From: Dipteris shenzhenensis
Lineage: Eukaryota
DNA length: 64,000 nucleotides
Strand: one strand, 5' to 3'
Assembly (NCBI GenBank): GCA_047967505.1
Contig: CM106538.1
The notes under the pieces are model-generated. The model was not told the origin of the DNA and did no database searches. It saw only the letters and a program-made list of their open reading frames with translations. Position 1 is the stretch's first letter. Each line of letters starts with the position of its first letter. Of the stretch, positions 24,620 to 37,273 are shown one piece after another. Position numbers and translations under genes: made by a program.

Positions 24620-25510
24620 AATTGGATGGAAGCACTTCCTTTAAAGTTGGGGTGAAGTAATAGATCTTTAAAATTGAAAGAGGAGCCTGATGGTGTTGAG
24701 AACTAGAGTGGTATCATGCTAATACATGGGGTATGATCCACTTAGAGAAGGATGTGGATGCTTCATTAAAATTGTGCCATCCCGTGATCGTTCCTATCAT
24801 AGCAATAATGATGCTTCTCATAACGAACAACGGACCCATTAACAAAACTAGGCAGCCGAGACACCAATGTCAAGACACATCCAAAACTTCTTCCAATGTG
24901 AGTGTATCTACCAACAATAAGTTTTGCCCAAGCTATAAGAGGAGAGCTGCCAAGAAACATAGGGTGCACCGGTGCTTTCCAATCATCATGTAGTACATAC
25001 CATAGTAGAGCGTGGGCACTGTAGATAGCAGCAATAGAACCCAATGCAATAACACCAATGATATCCTCTCTAAAGGCTGAGGAACGTTGGGTCTTTGGGA
25101 GGAAATCCAATGTGAGAATTGGGTAGGATTTGTGTGGATTAGTAGAGGGCTTTGATAGTGACTGCATCCAAACCAATTCAGGGTCACAAAGATAATCATC
25201 AAAATGCTCACATATGCGGTGATGGCTTCCATAGAACTGAAGTCCTGATGTTGTGCCATCCATATTTCCACGATGCCCAACACATTGCCAATAGCTTGTA
25301 GGCCAATGATGAGCATTTTGAACATGCTCTTGTGGTGTAGGAAGCACAATTGCTTGTGCTTGGGAGCCAATCCTGGAACAAATAGCGCGTGTTTGCCTTC
25401 CAAGGAGAGTTTCCAAAAACTCCAACTCAGTTGAGACTCGACGGTTTGTTGTTGTAAGGCTGGTTCAATAGTTTGTAATGTGGTTCAAGGTGGCAACATT
25501 TCTGCCATAT
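24620..25510 (-). pseudogene. Unidentified decayed coding-like segment with hydrophobic stretches (weak MtN3/SWEET-like resemblance)
   Basis: Overlapping 219-aa and 156-aa ORFs. Scattered motifs IGNV..QDFSSM..YV, GSSPL, GPLFVMRSII and HDTTLVLN.I.LLFQF fall in different frames. The copy at ~58250-59110 (+) has additional disruptions. Confidence 0.3.
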
Positions 25511-26245
25511 TTCAAGAGGGTTCAATTCCTTCATGCTTTGATCACTGACGATCGTAGACCATACCCGTGGGAACACTGGATGCTTGCAGCACTTCGATAT
25601 AAGTAGGGTGTCAAACTGATGAGTTCAATTGCAAAATTTTAAAGATGTGCCATCACAAGATCTCTACTTCCATGACATGCTAATACTCCTAGAAACTTGG
25701 AGCAATGGCAAGAAAGTTGTTACGCTGGTAAATAGTTGAGGTTCGATATCGGGTGCCCATCCCCGACTGGAGGTTAAAAAGAGGGAGAAGGTGTAGAGCG
25801 CTGCCATGAGGGTTGCTACAAGAGATCTAGGCAAGAGATCTAGGCAGCTGCAAGGAGGCCAACCCCACAGTATAATAAGCAGGCATGTCAACACTCGCAT
25901 TCATTCTCGCATTCATCGCCACCGCTATTTTTCAACTTCCCTCCGTCCTTGAGCTTATGAAATGAGGGTGGTGGCAAGGAGAGTCGCTGCTAGGCTCAGC
26001 CAGTTGCATAATTTAATAAGCGTCCAAGTTGCGTGCAGATTGGAAAAGCATTGGCATTGCAAGTCTACATGCAATTGCTACTGTGAATCACACCTCCATG
26101 CTAGTGGTGTATCCAAGGTTGGGCTATGTAAGCCTCCAACCTCGTTTCTGGGCTCTATCATTCCTCCATCTACGGCCTCATCTCATCCCAAGCCCCCTCT
26201 CTCTTTCCATGTAGCCCCTTCTCTCACTCAACAGGTATCCCCTAG

Positions 26246-26288
<43 letters not shown>

Positions 26289-26995
26289 CTGCTCAGTCAT
26301 GACAACACATCTCTCTTTTGCTTCGCTAGTTGTGCGCATGTGTGTGGGTTCTATCCCAGTCCCTTAACACAAAATTGTTTTTTCTTAAATATTCGTAGAC
26401 CTCAATATGTCACACTCCTAGGCTCAAAGTTTCTCCAATGACAAAAGAGTGACAAAAGAAAAGGATCAAAGTAAAAGGCTACGCAACTCAAACACTTAAG
26501 ATTTACAGTCTGATATCTTAGAAAAAGCTATCCTACGTGCAAACTTAGCCCAATCAAGAGTAAGATGTTTCTACAATATTCTACACAAATACACACACCG
26601 AATGCAAGGACGAAAGTAAAAAGCTTTTATGATTTGATGCAAAGATTGAACACTCAAGATTTAAATTTTAATATGGACCTAGAAAAATATGGGTTAGGCC
26701 AATCAAGAGCAAGATGTTGCTTGAATATTCTAAACAAACACACACAATGAATGTCAAAGCTTGAGAAAGAGAAAGACCCAAGTCAGAAGTTTATATGTTA
26801 TACTAACACATTTCCTTTTGAGTTTGAACCAAGCAATAGTACTTTTCAATTAAGAATCAAAAAAGTGGAAGGAAAATAGAACCAAGAAGAACAAAAGTGG
26901 TGGGCTAATAGAGTGTGGGATAAGATAAGGACTTTTAAGGCCATCAAAGCAAGGGGAGGAATCACTTTTAAGAATGTGCTAGGAGTCGTTGTATT

Positions 26996-27780
26996 TTAGA
27001 AGATAGCACTTTTATTCCTTTTAATATAGGTCCTATTGGGTAAATATAATATACCATTGCAATATAACCCTTTAACTCCGTCCATTGCACTCGCTCCATG
27101 CGGCATGGGTAGCAATTTTAACGCAACGTTTTCGTTGTACATTGTCGAAACTTCCATCAACTTCTCCACTATGGTTGAATTGTACAACACTTCATGAAGC
27201 AATCGATGATGTCCCCTAGAAGACTTGATGTACGACAACATGCTAATGACTGCTTGAGGATCCTCCATTGCAGCTATTGTATCACTGTCATCATCGATCA
27301 GTACCATGCCATGGCCTCCTAATGGTTGTTCAACATGGCTTGAACTTGGCCTCGAGCTCAGGCTTCTTGGGCTAGCCGCGAGATCTATTGTGGGTGTAGC
27401 TTGTGCAATGGCTGCCTTCCCTTGTGCTCGGAATGATGGGTCCAACTCGCATGGTCTCTACCTCAAATTGGCTAGACTTTGGGTGAGATCTATTGTGGGT
27501 GGAGTGTGGGCAGGTGCACTCTTTCCTCTCTCCAGCACATAGTCATGCGACAACTACGTGTTCAGCATGTACAACTGCCCCAATCCACCCGCCTGAATGA
27601 CTTCCACTTGCATACTCTGTAGGCGGCTATTTACATGTGTGATGGCCATCACACGAATGCCCTTGCCTATCACGGGGTCATCCTCACTTAGCACAACGGT
27701 TCCACCATTTGCATATCATATCATTGGCTTTGACGAGAGGGACTTCAAATAGATCTGTACTTTGTTGAGGTTGCTAGACT
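26996..27780 (-). pseudogene. Fragment of a putative DNA-transposon-associated protein
   Basis: VEKLMEVSTMYNENVALKLLPMPHGASAMDGV resembles, from memory, the V..LP..F.GDV.FELPP...MDGM motif of repetitive moss/fern SWIM-linked proteins; not verified. Confidence 0.35.
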
Positions 27781-28963
27781 CTGCACCAGTTGGGCCGGAC
27801 AATGAGAGAGAGAGAGAGAGAGAGAGAGTTGGGACACCAACTCAATATGTAATATGTAAATATCGTCATCAAAAATCTAGGGTATGGGGAGACAAGATCC
27901 ATTGTATAATATGCATAGATTTCCTTTAAAATTTTCAAATATGCAAGGAAAAAATATTAAAATTCCATGTCCCCCCTCCCACAAAATATAAGGTATATAT
28001 GTTGAAAAATATGCAAGATTTTAAGATTTGTACATATTTTTCATAATATGTGAGGCCCAAGGGGGGGGTCTTTTGGATGAGGGGGGGGGAACAAAAAATA
28101 GAGTAAATTATGAAAACCCATCTCCTTTCAAATTAATGTAACCTCTTTATGTGCTGCCCAAATTTTAAGGTGTAAAGACATATTTGAAGCTCTTTAAGTG
28201 TAGAACACAACCATGTTAATTTAAATACTTTCTACTCATGGCATACTGTTAAATTCATATCATACTCAAGATTTTGATAGGTTTTTTACTAAAGGGAGTT
28301 GGCGCCCCAGGGAGAGAGAGAGGTGTAAGATAGGGGGGGGGAGAGAGATGGACAAAGAGCTAGGGTATGGAGGAGTTGAGAGAGAATGAGAGCTTGAGAG
28401 AGATGTGTGTGTGTGTGGGGGGGGGGGGGGGGGGGGGGGGGGGTCTTTATATAGTTGATGTCTGACAAATAGCATTCTATGAGTATTTAATGCAAGAATA
28501 GGTGTAAGGGTGAAGATGCCATTTTTTGTAATTGTTTGTTGTCAAATATTTTAAAAAACAGCTATACCAAAAAACAATAAAAGCTTTTAAAAACCCTCAA
28601 AAAATGAGCATCTTGGCTTTTGGCATAGGATCGCAATTATGCAACAGTTAGAAAGTATAGGTGATTCGTGTGAAAGGCAAGCAAGCCTACAGAAAAACAT
28701 AAAAACTAGTAAAAATTACATAGAATTTTTGCCAAAGAGTAAAACAGCCATAACTTTTTCGTAGCAACTCCGATTTCCAAACTTTTTTAAGGAAAATCGA
28801 CTGCATAACAAGATCTCCCACAAATTTCAAAAAGATTACTTTTTGGAACATTGGCCAAATTCGGAGTGGAAGGCCCTCAAAAAGGACGATCTTTGCTAGG
28901 GGGTAAAAAAATTAGTGAAAATTATTTCATTTTTGGACTTTTCTGAAAAACAAATTTGGGATG

Positions 28964-29035
28964 AAAATAACAAAAAAAAGGGCAAAGTTGACGCCCACAC
29001 GAGGGCGCCAACTTTGTCCTTTTTTTTGTTATTTT
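28964..29035. repeat. Palindrome 1 (33-bp arms, 6-nt loop)
   Basis: AAAATAACAAAAAAAAGGGCAAAGTTGACGCCC-acacga-GGGCGCCAACTTTGTCCTTTTTTTTGTTATTTT; 2 mismatches. Confidence 0.95.
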
Positions 29036-29078
29036 TATTTAAAAAAATTTTCAACTTTAGAATTTTCTTTTAACAAAT

Positions 29079-29168
29079 AAATCTCCAAAAAAAGGGTGAA
29101 GTTGGCACCCAGAGGAGGGCACCGGTGCCCTGCTCTAGGTGCCAACTTCACCCTTTTTTTGGAGATTT
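29079..29168. repeat. Palindrome 2 (45-bp arms, no loop)
   Basis: AAATCTCCAAAAAAAGGGTGAAGTTGGCACCCAGAGGAGGGCACC|GGTGCCCTGCTCTAGGTGCCAACTTCACCCTTTTTTTGGAGATTT; 2 mismatches. Confidence 0.95.
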
Positions 29169-29363
29169 TTAAAAAAATTATTTACAAAATTTTTATTTAA
29201 AAAAAACTTTTTTTAAAAGAAAAATTGCTTAAAAACGGGCCATGTTTGGTGGAGCCAAAAAGTGTTTTTTTTTTTAACAAGCTTTTAAAAAAATTAAAAA
29301 AACATGCTTTTGGGAAAAGCTACACCCCCCAATGATACTCACTTTGTGAGTGAGCTATCAAGG

Positions 29364-29414
<51 letters not shown>

Positions 29415-29552
29415 GCTCGAGAAAGGCCTCTATCTTTCCCCCCTATCTTTCTCTTTTTTGTCTTGTAATGAGGGTTTTTGTGCCATGAATGTAGGTCTTG
29501 CAAACCCTAACTTTGTACCGTATCCTCAATCCGCATCCTAGCAAGAATGGCA

Positions 29553-30760
29553 TCACCTGCATTCAAGTGAGATGACATCGTCATCTTGTATGATGACAAA
29601 TACGATCCCGTGGCTCGGGCGCGCATTCGTCAGACACATGAGTCGGAAGGCATTGTTGCTTTGTAAAAAGTGATGCAGTGGAGTAACTGCACCATCAATA
29701 AAAACTAGCTGTTTTTTGCCCTTGTGATTCTTCTTAATATAAGCTGGCAGCCGGAATTTTGGAATCACAAGGTCAAAAACTTGTTGTAACCAAGGATGAA
29801 AAGAATCCAAAGAAAAAGGAACATCTGCATCCTGAACAGAAATAGACTCTGGCACGATCATCACAGACGAAGGAGCTGGATCAACATCAGTACCATCTGA
29901 AGAAGCCGCATCAAATAAATCATGACTCATCGTTTCAGCTTCACTCCAAGTATCAACCTGAGATAAAACATGTCCCGCATCCTGTATAATCCCCTCTTCA
30001 AGAGGAACATCCATATCCTGAGGAGGAGACTATTGGTGCTCAACACAAGACTGAGCCTGAGCCTCTTTAGCAGCAGCAAGATTGGGTCTGTGATTTATCT
30101 ACCTTCCTCTAGTAATGCTTCGGAGCAGTGAATGAAGGCTTATCTAGTGAAACCATAGTAGAGACCCGAGGAGAAGGGGGAGTAATCTTGACTGCTAAGG
30201 AAGGAGCAGGAGGAGTGGTCTTGGAAGCAGAAGGACAAGCACGTGCAAAATGACCAACCTGGCAGCACCGATAACAGACTGTAGGAAAAGAGGCAAAATG
30301 CAACCAAATGTGCATGGGATGGGCAAAACCCAGATCAAGATCCAAAGTAGAAGGCACTGGCTGCATCATATCGAATATCCGGAGTGGCCTGCAAAAACTC
30401 CTATCTCGGAACATGAAGAGGCCTCCCCAAGAGCGCTGCAAGGGTAGAAAGATGCTGAAGAAGAGGAACAGGCAGTGCTTTGAGGGTGATCCATACCAGG
30501 CAATGAGTCAAAAGAGAAGCTGCCGAATCAAAAAGAGGATCCCAGGGCATGACATAAGCAAATAAACCTACCCCAGGAACCCCAGCACAACTGACAAGGT
30601 GATCCACCACCTCCGTCGAAGAACAGTGGGCATAATAAAACCCTTTGCCCATAAAGACAAAGGAGGAAATGACATCCACACCCACGGCAGCTTCAGCCTA
30701 ACGACGAAGGTGAGCTGCAGAAAGAACCCTGGGTTAGATATGGTAGGTGTATGTGACCTC
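29553..30760 (-). mobile_element. L1-type LINE ORF1 remnant (DUF4283 + CCHC zinc knuckle)
   Basis: MGKGFYY...VMPWDPLFD...VWITLKALP...LAALLGRPL, then CYRCCQVGHFARACP and a Pro/Ser-rich tail; frameshifted; no ORF2 seen. Confidence 0.85.
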
Positions 30761-30914
30761 ACCTGTAATGTCAATGAGATTCCCTCACTTGACATCACAT
30801 GTGATGTGTGTGTGTGGGAACAGAGGCTACCTTTGCCTAAGGAGGCACCCTTGTACTTGCAAATCATCAATCAATCATATTCAGTTGTTGCCTGCTCCTA
30901 TTGTCCATTGTTCT

Positions 30915-31790
30915 CTCGCCTCACTCACTACGGATCTCCATCGGATAGTTTCAGGTATCATCACACCGCCTCCGCATAGAGAGCGGCAGAGCAGAGGGGA
31001 TCCCTAGGGAGCATCGCATATGCATATTGTGCGACTGTCAGGAGGTTGAGTCGGAGGAGCATTTTATTTTCAAGTGCCCAGTGTACTACGAGATCCGAGG
31101 TCGCTACCCATCATCTCTTCAAAGACGGCTCCAAGCCCCTTTCCAGATTCCTCGCCTACCCAGATCAGAGATGCCTCGCGGCCTTCATTCACGAGGGGGT
31201 CCGACACAGAGAGTACTTACTCAGGCGAGGGGGCTTGGCGACACCATCAAACACCTCTCAGAGTAGGATCACAGAGTTCTTCCCATCGAGTGACATTGAT
31301 CGTCCAGTCTCTAACCGCAGTCTCTAGCCGCAGACGTGACAGAGACCCCAACCCGATGACCACATCACAACACACGAGAGATCGAGGGGACACACAGATC
31401 ACTCTGGGGGACCTCCCGTCATTGTTTAGACCCGGGATATGTCCCATGGGAGTCACGGTGGCTCTGGTCTTGCTCAAGCCTCCTCTAGGAGACCGAGATG
31501 CATGAGACCCCTTGACGGACGCCAGTGCCCCATCACGGGCTATGCACCAGCCAAGGCGACATGACATACAGAGCATTACGTTCCGCTCTAGTCTTTTTTC
31601 TTTTCAAAGTCATACCCAGATGTATTTGATTATGTATGATCAGACTTAGGATTCAGCACGGGTGATGATGCTCATTTTAGTAGCTCCACCCTTACTGGGA
31701 TTTGTATCAGGTTTTCTTTCAGTCTCATAGACCCATCGGTCTTCCGAAGACTCTAATAAAATTTCTTTCTTTCTTTCTTTCTTTCTTTCT
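30915..31790 (+). mobile_element. Short 5'-truncated copy of the RTE/RTEX-like LINE
   Basis: Homologous to ~9025-9924 (CILCDCQEVESEEHFIFKCPVYYEIRG); near-identical 3' end CAGTCTCATAGACCCATCGGTCTTCCGAAGACT, AATAAA, (TTTC)n. Confidence 0.9.
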
Positions 31791-33209
31791 CCTTGTTGCA
31801 TTGCTTACTTACCATGTGATCTCATGATCTTCTGGAAATAAGCTGACTATGAAATAGCAAATTATTTGAAAAAATGTTAATCTTTTTTGAGGGGGGACAA
31901 TTAGATGCAAGGGCTCCTCGCAAAGTATGAAAAGGAAATCTTCAATAGGAAGTCTCATTTCTTCAAAGGTACAATTACTCCCAACTCGTGATATCATGTG
32001 TATGCAAATATACACTTAGTATTGTAAACAATATTGTGATTCCTAAACAGCATTTTTCATATTCTAGCTGCATTTTTCATACTTCCAGTATGCGTGGCCA
32101 CACTGATATATAATTACTCACCTTCCTTTAATTGCAAATTGGCAAATTGTCCAAATCTCTTTGAGCCTAACAAAATACAAAATGAACCCATTAGAGCAAT
32201 TGCCAGAGCTGGCAACTTCATCCAAGATCTCATTAACTTGGACCAACAAGACCCGTGGTAGTCATATCCAAGTTGGGACTCTACAAGGGAAGAAGAATAG
32301 TAAAGTGGAGAGAAAATGGAGGAAGGATGAGACTTCATCAAAAGCTCATAAAGGTCAAGGTAACATTCCCTCTTCTCTTGCACAACTATGTCTTCATCAA
32401 CAACCACTTTGATAGGATGAATGATTGCTTCAATGCTTGAGTCGACACACGATAAACTGGTGAATTTGTTATTTTCTTTGTTAAGCACACCTCTCAACTG
32501 TAGCTTCAAAACCAAATGTGATATTCCTATTAACAACTCAGTATCAACACTTGAGGCCTCACCACCAACCAAGACCACCTTTTTCTCAAAAGCCCAATAT
32601 GAGTGCATCATAGGGATGTTTTCCAAGAAGTCATCTCCCACCTCCTTGGTGGACAATGTGCCTAAGAATACATTTCCCTTGTCTTCGACTATTAGTGGAT
32701 TTGAAAGAATATCTAAGGTGACATGGCCATCAAGGCCTATCACAAGCTCTAGGAGTGATACCCCTTGAAGTGACAATCTACGCTTCACATTACCAGGTGG
32801 TGGTTAAACTATTCCTAGAGATATATAATCAAATTCTGAGGAACACTTCTTGATTTACTTCCTAAAAGCTCAAAACAGTGAGCTTTGTAACTGAAAAAAG
32901 TAGGGTATGGACACAAGGGTAGAGTATGGACAAGGAGAAGCAGGACCTTCCACTCTCCCCATAGGAATCACATCCAACAAAGAGAAGGAGTTCCTAGTGA
33001 GCCATAATACTTCTAAAGATAAGGGGAAGAGGGTGATAAATTACACACTATAGGAGACAATGGCTGGAAATTTAGATTTAGACCCTTACATTTTCTGAAT
33101 TGATGTGGATAGCCTCGTATTTCCATGAATCTTCACCTAGAAAATCAAGTAATCTAAAGAGCAACCAAAGGAGGTTGATTCTTTGGTTATGATTCCTGTC
33201 ATCGACACA

Positions 33210-33585
33210 CCTGTAGTGGATGAAGAAGTGCCAGTTTTCACTATTAAAGTCAAGAAGCAAACTATACAAGGTGTGATTGTTAATGCTTGTTCGCGATTTA
33301 ACGCGATTTAACACTATTGCTGAAGATATTGCAAAACGGTTGAAGTTTAAGACATTCAATCCATCTCCATTTTGAGTGTGAATGGTAGATCAACGACCGC
33401 TTGATCCCAAAGGCATGCTATAGGATGTTGTTATTTTTGTAGGAGGTAGTTTTTACACAATTAGTTCTATTGTTATTTCCATGGATCAAAATGCCTATCC
33501 TATTCCATTAGGCCGCAATTGGCTTAAGAGTGCAAAGGCACTATATGATTGGGGATCAGAAGAAATGATCATCAAGACAAAAAGT
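33210..33585 (+). pseudogene. Ty3/gypsy aspartic protease remnant
   Basis: VPVFTIKVKKQTIQGVIVNACSRFN (decayed VLVDxGSxxN)...MVDQRPLDPKGML...YPIPLGRNWLKSAKALYDWG; stops and a 10-bp duplication frameshift. Confidence 0.8.
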
Positions 33586-33679
33586 AAAGATGTGTGCATT
33601 CTCACTAACCCTTAGAAAGTATCAAGCAATTATTAGCCTAAAGATTTGGAAGTTGCAGATCCATTTCCCCAAGATGTGG

Positions 33680-36600
33680 AGTCATGCTTATGTTGTGGGT
33701 AGCTTGTTGGCCAAGGAGATTAGACAAAAGTTTATGGATGGCAACAAGCAGGATGCACCCTTAAAATGTGCAAAGGGGCAAATCACAATTTAGGGGGAAT
33801 TCTCAAGAAAGAGGGAAGTCTCGTAGCAAATCCAGGGCATGGAACATTGAGTGTTACCATTATGGTAAGAAGGGACACATGAAAAAGGATTGCTACAAGA
33901 CGAAAAGAGAGCAAAAGGATAAGAAAAAGAATGCAAATTGGGGTGCAAATAAGGAAGAGAGTCCAAGGGAGGACAAAAGAAAAGTGAAGATTGAGGAGAT
34001 CAATGTAGTCACTACTAATAATGACAATGACATTCTTTACATATCTAGTCTACCTACAGAGTTGCTTACCACTTCTGATGATGCATATTCCCAAGATTGG
34101 ATTTTGGATTTTGGTGCTTCATTTCATGTTACTCCCCATTGGGAATGGTTCTCCACTTATGACAGTGGAAAGGCAGGTTGTGCACATCTTGGAAATAACT
34201 ATGCATGTGACATGGTCGGAGCGGGTGACATAAAGTTTTCTTTTGCAAATAGGTCTACATTTGTTTTGAAAAATGTGATACATGTGCCTAAGCTAACCAA
34301 AAGTCTTATTTCAGTGGGTTAGCTAGATGACATTGGCTTTCATACCATCTTTGGTTTTCAAAGTTGGAAAATTCAAAAGGACTCTATGCTTTTGGCCAGG
34401 GGTGCCAAGTGTGGGACATTGTATCCCTTACATGTATCAGGGGTTGGGTGTCTAATCATGTTGTTGCCATAACTGAGCAGCCAAGTACTTCCTTGTGGCA
34501 TTGTAGGTTTGGCCATATGAGCCCGGATGGAATGAAACTCTTATGTCATTTGGGTTATGTACCGCATTTGAGTTTTTCTGACTTTGAATTTTGTGAGCAC
34601 TATCTCTATGGGAAGAAGACTAAATCAGCCCATAAAAGAAGGGGAAAGAAAGAGCTAGAAAGCTGGACTTGTTGCATTCAAATGTATGTGGTCCCATGCC
34701 TACATGGTCATTAGGCAGGGCTCTATGTGACATTCATTGATGATGTAGCTAGGAAAGTGTGGGCTTCTGCTATTGCTCAGAAGAGTGATTGTTCCAAATA
34801 TTTCAAAAATGGTTGGCTTTGGTTGAAAATCACTCAGGTAGAATGCTTAAATGCCTATGGACTGATAATGGTGGAGAGTATATCTCTCATGACTTTCAGC
34901 ATTTTTGTGATACACATGGGATCAAGAGGGAGCTCATGGCCCCTCATACTCTAGAGAAAAATCCAGTTGCAAAAAAGGTGAACTGAACCATTCAGGAAAG
35001 GTTACAATGTATGCTTTCTAATGCTAGTCTATCTGGTGGTTTTTGGGCTGAGGCAATGAAGAATGCAGTGCATGTGATCACTAAATCACCTAGTAAGAGT
35101 TTGGATGGTGGTATTCCTAAAGCAGCATGGAGTGGCAAGAAGACCCCTTACTCTCATTTGCATATATTTGGGTGTGAGGCATATGCACATGTGCCAAAAG
35201 AGCTTCAAAAGAAGCTAGATCCTATGTCTAGGAAATGCTTCTTTCTGTGTTATGGTGAAAGTGGAGAGATGGGTTATCGTCTCTGGGATACAGAAGCAAA
35301 GAAGTTCATATGCAGCCATGATGTGGTCTTCAATGAGAAGAAGATGCATAAGACACCCATGAGGGATGTGGAAATGAGGAGAGTCACTTTCCAGGATGAG
35401 AATCCACCTGCATATGTTGATAGACAACAAGTTTTCCATTCATCACATGTGCAAAAAATGGTGCAACTAGGTACTCCCATAGGTACACAATCAAGGGCAG
35501 ATGATTGATCATATATTGGTGGAAATGATGAGCCAAATGTAACTGATTTGCAGGCGAGACAGCAAGCTGAAATTCCCTTAAGAGGATCAGCCAGAGTGTC
35601 TAGACCGCCTGATAGATTTGTTCCAGGTGGCATTGACTATGTGATGCTTACTAATTGTGGGGAGCCTTCTTGCTATAGAGAGGCTATGATGCATGAGGAT
35701 AAGTGCAAGTGGGACAATTAGTATGCAATCAAAGATGAGTTCACTCGTGAAAAATAAAACGTGGGATTTGGTTTCTTTGCCACATGGAAAGAAAGCATTG
35801 CCATGTAAGTGGGTCTACAAGATGGTCACAGGTGATGATGTGCCTAAGTACAAGGCCCATTTGGTTGCTAAAGGGTTCAAGCAAGAGAAGGGTGTGGACT
35901 TTGATGAGATCTTCTCTCCGGTATGACCACACTTAGGTGTGTACTTGGACTTGTGGTAGCAGAGGATATGGAGCTCAAGATAGCTTTCTTGCATGGGATC
36001 TCTAGATGGATCTCAAGATAGCTTTCTTGCATGGGATCTACATGAGGAAATTTACATGGTGCAGCTGAAAGGCTTTGAAGAAAAGGGCAAAGAGAATTTG
36101 GTTTGCAAGCTGAAAAAGATTTTCTATGGCCTTAAGCAAGTGCCTAGAGAATGGTATCAGAAGTTTGATGCTTTCATTCGGTCCCAGGGTTTCAAAAGGA
36201 TCACTGCCTCTACACTAAAAAGGCTCAGGATAATAGCCTGGTACTCCTGGCACTTTATGTGGATGATATGCAAAATTGGCTAGCAAGAATACCTATGAGC
36301 TAGATGCATTAAAGGCCAAGTTATATGAGGCCTTTGACATGCAGGATTTGGGACTTACAAGTCATATTCTTGGTATGCACATCATGCATGATCGGAGTAG
36401 CAAACCCCTCTTATTTCATAGAAGGAGTATGCTACAAATGTATTGCATGTTTTCAATATGGAGGGGGGGAAGGCAATGAGTACTCCTTTGGATTTCACAG
36501 AAGGAGTATGCTACAAAAGCATTTCAATATGGAGGGGGAGAAGGCAGTGAGTACTCCATTGCCTCCATATGTGAAATTGAGTTAGGTAGATAGTCCCAAA

Positions 36601-37009
36601 TCAAATGAGGAGATGGCCATGATGACTAAGGTTTCTTATGCATCAACGGTTGGGAGACTTATGTATGCTATGATAGCTACTAGACCGGACATTGCATTTG
36701 CAGTGGGTGTTGTTAGCCGCGGTACATGGCCAATCCAAAAAAGAGACATTGGGAGGTAGTTAAGTGCATCATGAGGTACATGAAGGGTACCAAGGAGATG
36801 TGTATTTGCTTTGGTAGAGGAGAGATGCATGTACTTGGGTACAAATATTCAAACTATGTACTTGGGTACAAAGATTTAGACTATGTAGGGCATGTGGATC
36901 ACAAGAGATCCACTTCTGGTTATGTGTTCATGTTTGCAGGTGGTGTAGTGTCGTGGATGTCTCGTGCACAAAAGTGTGCTGCTTTGTCTACCACAGAGGC
37001 CGATTATGT
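33680..37009 (+). mobile_element. Copia E (Tnt1/Tork-like), decayed gag end to RNaseH, no LTRs
   Basis: CYHYGKKGHMKKDC knuckle, DWILDFGASFHVTPH protease, integrase, KNKTWDLV RT; RNaseH cut at STTEADYV. Same family as F. Confidence 0.92.
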
Positions 37010-37181
37010 TGTGAGAGTACTCTCTACAGAAGCAAGAATGGAAGAAGGAGAGAGAGAGATAGAGAGCCACACAAGTTTGGTGGGTGTAGAACCACCCTAA
37101 TCTTCTTTTTCATTCATTTATATATGTGTTTGAGTATTGTACATAACTGCGGTAAAGGCACAGTGACCTTTAACCCCCACA
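37010..37181 (-). repeat. 3' LTR of copia F (172 bp), PPT at 37182-37192
   Basis: TGTG...CACA termini; ACCTCCCACTT on + = PPT AAGTGGGAGGT on -; lies just downstream of pol. Confidence 0.8.
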
Positions 37182-37273
37182 ACCTCCCACTTAAAGGACA
37201 ATGTGCCTTTAAGGGAGAACAACCAGTGAGCATACTATCCAATGCCCATCAATACACGACAATACTCAAACCG

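Larger units (their letters stand above)
21832..26494 (+). repeat. 4.66-kb inverted duplication, arm 1
   Basis: Reverse complement of 57255-61947 along its whole length, including shared ORFs, (GA)n tracts and an internal 65-bp tandem duplication. Confidence 0.95.

Noticed and set aside
32114-32788. 224-aa minus-strand ORF as a gene
   Set aside because: No recognisable domain; it sits among gypsy debris. Most other 60-150-aa ORFs in the track are likewise antisense or off-frame shadows of transposon sequence.
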